Positions 46,244 to 55,882 of a DNA stretch of 64,000 nt are shown piece by piece (positions within the stretch are counted from its first letter, which is position 1; every line of letters starts with the position of its first letter). The DNA is from Gammaproteobacteria bacterium (GTDB lineage: Bacteria; Pseudomonadota; Gammaproteobacteria; UBA1113). The DNA is taken from assembly GCA_020051155.1 (NCBI GenBank), contig JAGVJK010000005.1:69404-133403 (forward strand), read 5' to 3'. Below the pieces are notes generated by a model that saw only the letters and a list, made by a program, of their open reading frames with translations, did no database searches and had not been told where the DNA came from. The position numbers were made by a program, and so were the translations under genes.

Positions 46244-48835
46244 ATGCGGACTTTGTTTTCCAAGCTGACAGAGCAAGTGACGGTGTTAACACCTAATCGT
46301 CGACTTTCCACTCAATTAAAGAAAACCTTTACTCAGGAACAAAGCACAAACTCATGGCAGATACCCGATATATTACCGTGGGAAGCTTGGTTACAGCGCT
46401 GTTATGAAACGCTGCTCGTCAAAGGTATTACCACTAAACAGTGTTTGACTTCTGAACAAACACAAATACTTTGGCAATCATTAATTGAAGAATATCCTCC
46501 AGCGAATGGTTTATTAAATGTGAATGCCTGTGTCATGCAGGCACAGCAAGCGTGGAGTGCAATCCATGGTTGGCAGTTAGATTGGCGACAATGGCTAGGA
46601 GATAGCACGCAAGAAATCGAACAGTTTTGCCAATGGGCTAAACTATTTGAAGAACGTTGCCAAGCAGAAGGTTGGTTAACACAACCGGAACTTGCTTCTC
46701 TGGTGCGACAACATCTCTCACATCTTCAACTGCCCACCCAATTCATTTGGTATGGTTTCCTTGAGCTCACACCCGCATTAGAGGCGATGCAGCAAACCTT
46801 GCGAGCGCAACAGATTGCACAAGAGTCTATGCAAGTTCCTCACCTAACACCGAATGTCTCAGTCAAGACCTTTGCCACTCATCAAGAAGAATTGCAAGCT
46901 ATGGCGCAATGGGCAAAAAGCTGTTATGACAAAGATCCAAACAGCCGCATTGCCTGTGTTATTCCAAACCTCACACAACAGCGAGTGCAATTAGAAAGAA
47001 TTTTTCGTAAAACATTTTACCCGAAAAAACTTTTTAGTAAGGCAACAGAGCGAGATGGTTATAACATCTCAGGCGGTGAATCCTTAGCACAAGTCGCTGT
47101 CATAAAAACAGCGCTATCCTTATGGCAATTAGCTCATTGGCGTATACCCTTATCGGTGATCTCAAATTTATTGCGCTCTCCTTACCTAGCCGCAGCTACA
47201 GAAGAGGGCGCTGCACGTGCGCAGTTAGAATTTCAATTGTATGAACACGGTGAAGCGTTATTAACACATCCTCAATTATTAAGCTTTACAGCCAATGCAG
47301 CACCTCATTGGTTTGCTGCATTGTCCAAAGCGTTTTCCATTGAGACAAAAGGTAAGCGTTTTCCAAGTGAATGGCCTGTTACTTTATTAGCATGGCTTCA
47401 AGCTTTTGGTTGGCCAGGTGAGCGAGTATTAGATAGTGATGAATATCAACAAATGATGCGCTTACAACCGTTATTAGATCAATGCAGCACCTTTGATGAT
47501 ATTCTCGGTCCTATTTCTTGGCAGCGAATGGTGTCGCTGTTACAACAGATCGCCACTCAAACAGTGTTTCAAGTAGAAACAGAAAATCGTGGTATGCAAG
47601 TGTTAGGGATGTTAGAAGCAGCGGGCCAACATTATGATGCATTGTGGATTGCAAATTTACAAGATGATGTATTTCCTACCCAAGCCAAACCGAATCCATT
47701 TATTCCCTTAGCCGTGCAAAAAGAACAAGGCTTGCCCCATTGTGACCCACAACGAGAACTCACCTATTGTGATCAATTATTACAAGCGCTGATTCATAGT
47801 GCCGCAGAAACTCATTTGAGTTACCCATTGATAGAAGGAGAACGTTCTTTATCGCCATCATCTTTATTACAAGAGTGGGGTGTTGCAACTTGTCCTATCC
47901 CATTAAACACATCGTGGTTGCCACAACAACCTTTACAAGTTTTACTCGATGAACAAGGGCCTGCGGTTAAAAATCCACAAACCATGCGCGGTGGCACCGG
48001 AGTGATAAAATCACAAGCTCTCTGCGGTTTTCAAGCCTTTGCTCGTTACCGATTACATGCTCAAAGTCTTGATGATTTAAAGGTAGGTCTTGATTTTTTA
48101 GATCGAGGGATTTTATTGCATGACGTCTTACAACATTTTTGGGTTTTAGTTAAAGATCAACAAACTTTATTAAGTCAAAAGGATTGGTCCGATTGTTTAG
48201 AGTCAGTTACGCAACAGGTGCTCACTCGCTATCAACGAAAATATCCATCCATCGTCACTAAAACCTTTGCACGATTAGAACAACAGCGATTAGTGAAATT
48301 ATTAAAAAAATGGTTAGTGTTAGAAGCAGAACGAGAGCCTTTCGCCATTTATGCCTTAGAGCAACCTATCGCATTAAAAGTGGGAGAATTAGAATTGCGT
48401 GGCAAGATTGATCGAATCGATCAACTGCCCAATGGCGAATGGTTATTGATTGATTATAAAACGGGGTCCACCAGCCCTGCGAGTTGGTTTGGTGATCGCC
48501 CTAGTGAACCGCAATTGCCGCTTTATGCCTTAGCACAGTCAAATCCCTTAGCAGGTATTGTGTTTGCGGAGGTAGCGCTTAATCAAATGCGCTTTAATGG
48601 TATAACTCGTGATGAAAATGTATTACCAAAAGTAAAAGCTCTCGCGAAAACGAGTAAAGCTGATGCGCCAGAGAGTTGGACTGCGCAATTGTCACATTGG
48701 CAGCAAGTGCTGCAACAATTAGCCCAACAATTTTGTGAAGGGCACGCGGCAGTGGATCCCAAGGATTCTGCAACCTGTCAATACTGTGATTTAACCAGTT
48801 TATGTCGTTACTTTTTACCGCAGGAGGTGGTATGA
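46244..48835 (+). CDS. addB: AddB-like recombination nuclease subunit (PD-(D/E)XK, no obvious helicase Walker A)
   Basis: C-terminal nuclease motif GKIDRID...LLIDYKTG and a Cys cluster (CQYCDLTSLC). It is translationally coupled to the UvrD-type helicase-nuclease gene. Confidence 0.75.
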   Translation: MRTLFSKLTEQVTVLTPNRRLSTQLKKTFTQEQSTNSWQIPDILPWEAWLQRCYETLLVKGITTKQCLTSEQTQILWQSLIEEYPPANGLLNVNACVMQAQQAWSAIHGWQLDWRQWLGDSTQEIEQFCQWAKLFEERCQAEGWLTQPELASLVRQHLSHLQLPTQFIWYGFLELTPALEAMQQTLRAQQIAQESMQVPHLTPNVSVKTFATHQEELQAMAQWAKSCYDKDPNSRIACVIPNLTQQRVQLERIFRKTFYPKKLFSKATERDGYNISGGESLAQVAVIKTALSLWQLAHWRIPLSVISNLLRSPYLAAATEEGAARAQLEFQLYEHGEALLTHPQLLSFTANAAPHWFAALSKAFSIETKGKRFPSEWPVTLLAWLQAFGWPGERVLDSDEYQQMMRLQPLLDQCSTFDDILGPISWQRMVSLLQQIATQTVFQVETENRGMQVLGMLEAAGQHYDALWIANLQDDVFPTQAKPNPFIPLAVQKEQGLPHCDPQRELTYCDQLLQALIHSAAETHLSYPLIEGERSLSPSSLLQEWGVATCPIPLNTSWLPQQPLQVLLDEQGPAVKNPQTMRGGTGVIKSQALCGFQAFARYRLHAQSLDDLKVGLDFLDRGILLHDVLQHFWVLVKDQQTLLSQKDWSDCLESVTQQVLTRYQRKYPSIVTKTFARLEQQRLVKLLKKWLVLEAEREPFAIYALEQPIALKVGELELRGKIDRIDQLPNGEWLLIDYKTGSTSPASWFGDRPSEPQLPLYALAQSNPLAGIVFAEVALNQMRFNGITRDENVLPKVKALAKTSKADAPESWTAQLSHWQQVLQQLAQQFCEGHAAVDPKDSATCQYCDLTSLCRYFLPQEVV

Positions 48836-51800
48836 CTATGACCGCCCAGATTCCCGATGTGTTACAACGGCAACAAGCCTTAGATGTTAGCCAATCCTTC
48901 ATTGTGCAAGCGCCAGCAGGTTCCGGTAAAACGGAGTTACTGACACAACGTTTCCTAGCCTTGCTAGCAAAAGTGCAACAACCGGAAGAAATTTTAGCGC
49001 TGACCTTTACGCGAAAAGCGGCGAGCGAAATGCGGCACAGAATTCTTTCAACGTTAAATATCGCTTTAGCAACACCTATGCCTAACACACCCCATGAGCA
49101 ACGCAGTTGGCAATTAGCGCAAGCAGTGCTGTTGCGAGATGAACAATGTCAGTGGCAGTTGTTAAAAAACCCTAGTCGATTAAAAGTGCAAACTATGGAT
49201 GCACTATGTGCTCGCTTAACCAATGCGATGCCGATTTTGGGGCAATTGGGAGGGCAGTCAGAGATTATTGAAGATCCCAAAGAAGTTTATGCGCAAGCAG
49301 CAGAGAACTTTTTAGGCTATTTAGAAGATGAAAATTTATCACAACCTTTATCGATCTTATTGCAGTATTGCGATAATCAATTAGAACGAGTGAAGCAATT
49401 GCTCGTAGAGTTGTTAGCGAATCGTGAACAATGGTTATCAAAGGTATTAGTCGCGGATCCCATGGCACTGCGTGAGATTTTAGAAGAACATTGGCAATAT
49501 TTAATCGAAGAAAACTTGGCGCATAATGAAGGGAGCTTATCCGCATTAACGGAGCTGATGCCTTTTGTTGATTTCGTCACGCAATTCTTACCCTTAGATC
49601 ATCCTTTGCAATTATTAAAAGATAAACCATTACCGGGGTTCGCGTGCGAGGATCTTGACGCCTGGAAAGTCCTTATTAAGTGGCTACTCACTGAAGATCA
49701 AGAGTGGCGCAAGGTTGTGACGATTAAACAAGGATTCCCGCCAGCCTCTAGCACCAATCATCCCGAAGAAAAATCGCAGTATGATTGGATGAAAAAAACT
49801 TTTTTAACACACCTTGAGGCTCTCAAACAACAACCTAATTTGTTACAAACCTTACAACATGTGCTGCGATTGCCACCAGCGCGTTATACGGATGCCCAAT
49901 GGGAAATGTTGTCATCTTTAATGATGCTGTTACCTATCTTAGTTGCAGAGTTAACCTTATGCTTTAAACAAATCGGGAAAGTAGATTTTACCGCCGTGTC
50001 GCAAGCCGCATTTGTCGCCTTAGGGGATGCAGAAAATCCGACGGATTTGGCCTTAAGCTTAGATTATCGCTTGCAACATTTATTGGTGGATGAATTTCAG
50101 GATACCTCCATCAGTCAATTGCGCTTATTAGAAAAACTCACTGCAGGTTGGCAAGTGGATGATGGGAGAACGTTATTTTTAGTGGGCGACCCTATGCAAT
50201 CTATTTATCGCTTTCGACAAGCAGAAGTGAGTTTGTTTTTACAGGTACAGCGACAGGGCTTGGGCGACGTGAGCTTAATGCCGCTGCAATTGCGTGCTAA
50301 CTTTCGTTCTACGCAGAAAATTATTGAGTGGGTGAACCAGACCTTTGCTGAAGTGATGCCAGCAGAAAATGATTTAGCCCAGGGTGCTATTTGTTACGCA
50401 TCTTCTCAAGCAATGAAAATAGGTGACGAGCATTCCTTCGTCACATGGCATGGAATAGCCAAGGATCATGATGAAGAGTCAGTGATGGTGGAGCAAATTT
50501 TAAAACTTCGCCAGCAACATCCTAATTATTCCATCGCTATTTTAGTGCGCGCACGAAGTCATGCCAGACCCATTATCGACGCACTAAAGCAACATGAAAT
50601 TCCTTATCAAGCGGTGGATATTGATTACTTAGCCAATACTGCAGTGATCAATGATCTCTTTGCACTAACCAAGGCGTTATTGCATTTGAGCGATCGCACG
50701 GCATGGCTGAGTGTCTTGCGTTCACCGTTAATAGGATTGAGTTTGTCAGAACTGATAACGTTAACGGAGGAAGATTCTTCACAATTGATTTGGCAGCAAT
50801 TACAACAGCACATGATAACTTCAACAATCTCTCCGCGCTTACAACAAGTTGTGCCTATTTTGGCGCAATGTTTGGACCAACGACAACGTTGGTCCTTGCG
50901 GCAATGCGTAGAGGATGCGTGGTACGCTTTGGGTGGTCCAGCTATTTATGGTGAGGAAGGCGTATTAGCAGTAGATACCTATATTGATTTACTGGCAAAA
51001 GAGGAAAGTGATCTTTGCATTCATCGTTTAGAGCGTCGTTTACATCAACTCTATGCAACGCCACGTGCGACGGGTGAGAATCCAGTACAATTGATGACGA
51101 TTCATAAATCGAAGGGCTTAGAATTTGATGTGGTGATGATTCCAGGCTTAGCGAAGCCGCCACCGAAGTCTTCCCGTGCGTTATTGGATTGGGTGGAATT
51201 GACTACACCGCTCGGACCACAATGGTTTATGGCGCCTATTAAAGCCTTTGAGCTAGAACGTGAACCCATGAGCGATTTCATTCGCTATCAACAGCAGTTG
51301 AAGGAAGAGCACGAATTAACCCGTGTTTTGTATGTGGCGGCGACGCGAGCGAAGCAGCAATTACATTGGTTTACTACCTTAGAAACAGAGGATGAGAGTG
51401 GTTTAAAATCTCCAGTTGCTGGGAGTTTACTGGCAAAGCTATGGCCTGTGGTATCGCCGACCTTGGCTCAAATCACCTTGGCCGTTGGCGAAAGGGATGA
51501 AAGAGAAGTTTTTTCCTCGGTGGTACAACGTTTGCCTGCAGAGTGGCAGCTGCCTTCGGAAATCCAATGGCAAATGAGTCAAATTACAGGGGATGTTACG
51601 CAGCAAAATAGTTTTCAATGGCAACCTCAGGCAGCACGCGCTGTGGGAACGGTGATACACCGTTGTCTGCAAACCTGGGCTGCAGAAGGAATCAGTTCCT
51701 TTTCAGAGGCGTCCTTAAAGAGTTTATTACTCTTACAAGGCTGTTCGGGAATATTACTGCCTAAGGCGTTGATGGCTGTGAAAGAGGCTTTAGCGCGAGT

Positions 51801-52128
51801 TCAGCAAGATCCCATTGGGCAATGGATTTTATCGCCTCATCGAGAGGCGGCAGTGGAATATGCCTTGGGTGGCGAGATTCAAGGGCTTTGCGTTGAAGGC
51901 GTGCTGGATCGCACCTTTGTGGATGAGCATAATGTGCGCTGGATTATCGATTATAAGACTACCGAGACCATCCCCGAGGACTTAGAAGCCTTTTTAGAGG
52001 AGCAGCAACAGCAATATGCTTCACAATTAAGACGTTATGGCTGTCTAATGGCCTTAAGAGAGCAGCGTCCCATCAAACTAGGGCTATATTTTCCTGGGCT
52101 CCCCGCTTGGCGAGAATGGGAGTTTTAG
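48832..52128 (+). CDS. addA: AddA-like UvrD-family helicase-nuclease
   Basis: Walker A APAGSGKTE, LLVDEFQDTS, and a C-terminal PD-(D/E)XK motif (GVLDRTF...WIIDYKT). The ATG at 48832 follows a GGAGG Shine-Dalgarno and overlaps the addB stop. Confidence 0.8.
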   Translation: MTMTAQIPDVLQRQQALDVSQSFIVQAPAGSGKTELLTQRFLALLAKVQQPEEILALTFTRKAASEMRHRILSTLNIALATPMPNTPHEQRSWQLAQAVLLRDEQCQWQLLKNPSRLKVQTMDALCARLTNAMPILGQLGGQSEIIEDPKEVYAQAAENFLGYLEDENLSQPLSILLQYCDNQLERVKQLLVELLANREQWLSKVLVADPMALREILEEHWQYLIEENLAHNEGSLSALTELMPFVDFVTQFLPLDHPLQLLKDKPLPGFACEDLDAWKVLIKWLLTEDQEWRKVVTIKQGFPPASSTNHPEEKSQYDWMKKTFLTHLEALKQQPNLLQTLQHVLRLPPARYTDAQWEMLSSLMMLLPILVAELTLCFKQIGKVDFTAVSQAAFVALGDAENPTDLALSLDYRLQHLLVDEFQDTSISQLRLLEKLTAGWQVDDGRTLFLVGDPMQSIYRFRQAEVSLFLQVQRQGLGDVSLMPLQLRANFRSTQKIIEWVNQTFAEVMPAENDLAQGAICYASSQAMKIGDEHSFVTWHGIAKDHDEESVMVEQILKLRQQHPNYSIAILVRARSHARPIIDALKQHEIPYQAVDIDYLANTAVINDLFALTKALLHLSDRTAWLSVLRSPLIGLSLSELITLTEEDSSQLIWQQLQQHMITSTISPRLQQVVPILAQCLDQRQRWSLRQCVEDAWYALGGPAIYGEEGVLAVDTYIDLLAKEESDLCIHRLERRLHQLYATPRATGENPVQLMTIHKSKGLEFDVVMIPGLAKPPPKSSRALLDWVELTTPLGPQWFMAPIKAFELEREPMSDFIRYQQQLKEEHELTRVLYVAATRAKQQLHWFTTLETEDESGLKSPVAGSLLAKLWPVVSPTLAQITLAVGERDEREVFSSVVQRLPAEWQLPSEIQWQMSQITGDVTQQNSFQWQPQAARAVGTVIHRCLQTWAAEGISSFSEASLKSLLLLQGCSGILLPKALMAVKEALARVQQDPIGQWILSPHREAAVEYALGGEIQGLCVEGVLDRTFVDEHNVRWIIDYKTTETIPEDLEAFLEEQQQQYASQLRRYGCLMALREQRPIKLGLYFPGLPAWREWEF

Positions 52129-52270
52129 GCACAAAAAGGTTTACATGAAGAGAGTTCGTGTGTATTATTTGAGCGCTATAACTCTGGGGCAAAAGCTTTA
52201 GAAATAGCACTCTGCAAAAAGGTTAAATAATTAGAAAAATAAGAAATAACATAACATGTGAGGTTTTGTC

Positions 52271-55200
52271 ATGGCTGCAAGTAATTTTACTCTAGATCCT
52301 GAGGAAACAACCATCCCGATTGAGTTAGACTTGCTTGAAGCCATGCTGCCAAGTTTAGAAGAAACATTTGCTCCCGCACAACGTATTAGATTAATCAATA
52401 ATGCTACTGGCCTTTCACTTATCTGCACGCTTGGGGAACTTTTAGAAAGCAAACAAAGTGTAGAAGATTACCATATACAAATGCTCCGTTCTATGGACTC
52501 TGCGGATATAGAAACAAAGAAAAAATTTTTTAAGATGAATCCCGATCTTTTATATCAAGAAATCGGTTGCGCCTGGTTACAATCAGCTATTAATAAAAAC
52601 TCAAAACCTGAATTAGCAGCAGTTTTTTCCTCTTATCTTGAGTTGGGTGCGAGCCCGAGTATGCAGCTTCCTATTGTTTCGACAAATCCGTTGACGCTGG
52701 CGGAAGGTATTTTTAAATACAATGTAATTAATGAAACCTTAGAAATGGTTGCTAAGAATAAAAGTCATTTCACGAAAGATGAATATGACGCTCTAAAAGA
52801 GCTTCTTTCTATTGACGATAAATTTGAGTTTGAAAATGCATTATCTTTACTCGAAGTCGTGCTTTACTATTGCCGCTCTTACCTAAGGCAAGGCATGTAT
52901 ACAACGACTGTTACCTATGAGAGAGCTTTCACACTAGCAGACCTTGCTGCAGATCTCTTTAGTCATATTGACAAACTTTGTGCTGAAAGTGTTAATCCCC
53001 TTGGTGAGAAAAATCAAGGCTTTCGTCTATTAGAACAAATCTACCAGCATGCGGACCTATTACCATTCGAAAATGACGAAGAAATTTCATTACAAGAGAA
53101 AGTCTTATTTGCATGGCAACAGGGTATATTTATTCTGAGTGATCAAGAGAAAATACATATCTTGGCTTTGGCAGCAGAAATGGGAGCTAGGACATTTCGT
53201 AACCTGTGGGAGATTTATCGTTTTAGGCCTAGCATTCCTCCCAAGCGAGATCCTTCAAAGCCAGACTTAAATCCAGCAGACATTTTATCGACGGCCTTGT
53301 TTCGCGCCTATGAAAAAGATGATTCGGATCTTGTTTGGCTGCTTTTAGGTAGCGATGGCTCCTCTTATCCAACCCCATCTTCTCCCTTGGGATGTGGGCT
53401 GTTAGATATTAACAGTCGAGATGCTTCTCAAAACACGCTCTTAAGTCTTTGTGAAGCGCGCGTTAAGCAAGATCCCCATTCACTGCAGAATGAAGATTAT
53501 CCACTTAATTTACCTAGTGCAAAACTTTTATTACGCTTAGGTGCAAGTCCTTGGCTTGTCCCCATCGATTCTGTTTCGCCAAGGATTCAGTATATGCCGT
53601 TGTATGAGACAGGCCGGCCTTGGATTGAATTTTTTCTTGCATTTTATCAACGCTTAAAAGGAGATATTCTGGCGCAACGTTATCAAGTCACTTTGATGGG
53701 TAAAGCGATTGTCGTGAGGATTGATGTCGCTGGTCATTCCTACCGTTGTCCAGTACCAAGTGGTGTTGCTCGTATTTTTAAGTGGATGGAATATGCGGCG
53801 CGCTATCATGTTCTGTATAATACACGGGATTTATATGAAACTATTTTAACAAAGTTAAGCAGTATAGTTGACGTTGTTCGCTCTTCGAATGTCACAGAGT
53901 TGTATTTTAATTTTATTTATTTATTTAATTTAAATGCATACTCGCCAAGTAAAGAATTTTATAACTATGAGAATAGTTTGAGTTCTAATCGAAGAATTCA
54001 TCATCCAGAGGAATTGCATAACTTTGTTTCGGCAGCCCTCAAACACATCGTCGTTTTTTCACCATCAGCTTTCAGCGAGAGTTCTACAGAGAGTGTGCCA
54101 ATCTCTTCATCTTCTCCATCAACGAGTTCGGATGTTGCACTCATTAACGAAAATTTTTCCTCGGGATTAAGACTTTTAATGGAATTGGGCGTATGTCCTT
54201 CCGCGCCCGTTAAAATAGGGGCTGATCTTCCAAGACCTTTTCTATCTGTGCTAAAAGCTTCTGGTTTGCTTGAAAAAGGCGAAGGTGCTTATTGGTTGGA
54301 AGGTTTGATGAAACAAGAGCGAGATGATAAGCCCAGAGTAGAGGAGCTTCATGCTGCATTAGGAGAAATGCGTGTGCTGCCTAACTTTTTTAATCAGACG
54401 CTACAAGTCAGTATTAACAATAGACTCAGTCTCGCACTGGCACAATTGTTTTCTTGGCAACATGTAAGCAAGATACAAGCGTGGCAAGAAGAACTGATTC
54501 GGGTGTTTACGACATTTATTGTGAATGAAGAGCTGGACCAGTGTTTGATATTTTTAGCAATGAGTCGTGAGTATAATTCAAGTTTAACCAAAAAATTTAT
54601 AGGGATACTTGCTCAGTATAGTGCTCAGTTACAGCGATGGCATGGACGATTTTTAGTAGAAGTTGCCTGTCAATACGATGCCCCTCAGTTAATACAGAAA
54701 ATATCAGATGGACTGCCCTTTGCATTAGATAAAATTGACGCAGTGCTGATTGAAAGTAAAAGTCAATCAGGTCTTGCAAGCATCTTGCATTTGGCTGTCT
54801 TCCACCGTGCAGTGAATATGGTTAAGTGGCTATTAGAACAAAATATTGATCCTAACATTTATAGTAGAACATGGGGCACCGCGTTACATATTATCGCTGC
54901 TAAGTTCAAGCCTATGCAAGTAACTCCTAAGCAATCGGAATGGTTCGAGATAATGAGATGTTTAGGATTATTCGGCGCGAGTCCATGGATACGGCATCGA
55001 GGATACAGTTCTGCGCGCGTGATATCCGATACAATGGATCAAGCACATATATACTATACCAATAATAGTTCTGGACATCTTGGAGGAGAGCTAAGAGAGT
55101 ATGTCTATGATGTAAACATAAGAAATGAAAAAATGCGCGCGTATGACCTAAGTCAAGAGATCAAAAATGGATTTATTCTTGATGGGAAATTAAAAATATC

Positions 55201-55765
55201 CGATTTAAAACAACAACAATCTTTCTTAAAGATTGTCCTTCATCGAATGGAAGGCGATATTATGAGCGGACGATATCCTGCGCCTAAGCTGGAATCTCCA
55301 GCAATAGTGACAATCAACCAACGAAACTATTCAATACCAAGTACGTTGAATGAGATTTACATTCAATTACAAGCTTGGCGAGATGATAGGATAGAGGACA
55401 TGGATCGTTCTGTTTATTCTAGGGTCATTGAAAGGATAGGGCATATAAAAAACTTATTGCGAAGTGAGCAGTTAAATAAATTATATCGTCATTTTATTAA
55501 GTTTTTAAAATTAAATGCGCCTTTTCCAGTGGAGTTTTTTTCAGAGAGTTTTGAACGAGAAGCGTATGATTCATACGGCAGCTCAGAAGAAGACGGTATT
55601 GATGAAGAGGAAGGTTCAGAAAATTCCTTAAATGATAGTGACTTTGATGGGCCAGAGGAGTGTCATGATGATGCGATAAAGGATCATCATGGGAATGAGA
55701 CCGGGGAGGATCATAGGACGGAGGCATCACCTTATTCTTCGTCATCACCGAGCCTCTCAAAGTGA
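52271..55765 (+). CDS. Large (1164 aa) ankyrin-module protein, paralogue A; no other recognisable domain
   Basis: Ank-like repeat ILHLAVFHRAVNMVKWLLEQNIDPN..WGTALHIIAAK and an acidic/Ser-rich C-terminus. It is colinear with 56806-60477. Confidence 0.7.
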   Translation: MAASNFTLDPEETTIPIELDLLEAMLPSLEETFAPAQRIRLINNATGLSLICTLGELLESKQSVEDYHIQMLRSMDSADIETKKKFFKMNPDLLYQEIGCAWLQSAINKNSKPELAAVFSSYLELGASPSMQLPIVSTNPLTLAEGIFKYNVINETLEMVAKNKSHFTKDEYDALKELLSIDDKFEFENALSLLEVVLYYCRSYLRQGMYTTTVTYERAFTLADLAADLFSHIDKLCAESVNPLGEKNQGFRLLEQIYQHADLLPFENDEEISLQEKVLFAWQQGIFILSDQEKIHILALAAEMGARTFRNLWEIYRFRPSIPPKRDPSKPDLNPADILSTALFRAYEKDDSDLVWLLLGSDGSSYPTPSSPLGCGLLDINSRDASQNTLLSLCEARVKQDPHSLQNEDYPLNLPSAKLLLRLGASPWLVPIDSVSPRIQYMPLYETGRPWIEFFLAFYQRLKGDILAQRYQVTLMGKAIVVRIDVAGHSYRCPVPSGVARIFKWMEYAARYHVLYNTRDLYETILTKLSSIVDVVRSSNVTELYFNFIYLFNLNAYSPSKEFYNYENSLSSNRRIHHPEELHNFVSAALKHIVVFSPSAFSESSTESVPISSSSPSTSSDVALINENFSSGLRLLMELGVCPSAPVKIGADLPRPFLSVLKASGLLEKGEGAYWLEGLMKQERDDKPRVEELHAALGEMRVLPNFFNQTLQVSINNRLSLALAQLFSWQHVSKIQAWQEELIRVFTTFIVNEELDQCLIFLAMSREYNSSLTKKFIGILAQYSAQLQRWHGRFLVEVACQYDAPQLIQKISDGLPFALDKIDAVLIESKSQSGLASILHLAVFHRAVNMVKWLLEQNIDPNIYSRTWGTALHIIAAKFKPMQVTPKQSEWFEIMRCLGLFGASPWIRHRGYSSARVISDTMDQAHIYYTNNSSGHLGGELREYVYDVNIRNEKMRAYDLSQEIKNGFILDGKLKISDLKQQQSFLKIVLHRMEGDIMSGRYPAPKLESPAIVTINQRNYSIPSTLNEIYIQLQAWRDDRIEDMDRSVYSRVIERIGHIKNLLRSEQLNKLYRHFIKFLKLNAPFPVEFFSESFEREAYDSYGSSEEDGIDEEEGSENSLNDSDFDGPEECHDDAIKDHHGNETGEDHRTEASPYSSSSPSLSK

Positions 55766-55799
55766 TTCGCTAGTGAAAATCATATTGAGCCTAATGGTT

Positions 55800-55829
55800 C
55801 ACTTGAAGATGCATTCGCATCTTCAAGTG
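55800..55829 (+). terminator. Perfect 13-bp stem hairpin after paralogue A (terminator-like, no T-tract)
   Basis: CACTTGAAGATGC-attc-GCATCTTCAAGTG, located 35 nt after the stop codon. Confidence 0.5.
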
Positions 55830-55882
55830 GAATAGGTATATACTTTACAAGGTTAACGGCCCCAATGCTGAGGAGTTTTAGC

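Noticed and set aside
46244-52128. The AddB/AddA-like pair as part of a novel defence or effector system, because it sits between the kinase and the ankyrin genes.
   Set aside because: The pair has the standard helicase-nuclease plus nuclease-subunit architecture of a housekeeping double-strand-break repair complex, with tight start/stop coupling. Nothing in the sequence ties it functionally to its neighbours beyond strand orientation.
52129-52270. A PmrA-like box upstream of ankyrin paralogue A (GTTAAATAATTAGAAAAATAAG).
   Set aside because: The half-sites are TTAAA and TTAGA with about 8-bp spacing. This is not the TTAAT-N6-TTAAT geometry seen at 20802 and 44266, so it does not match.
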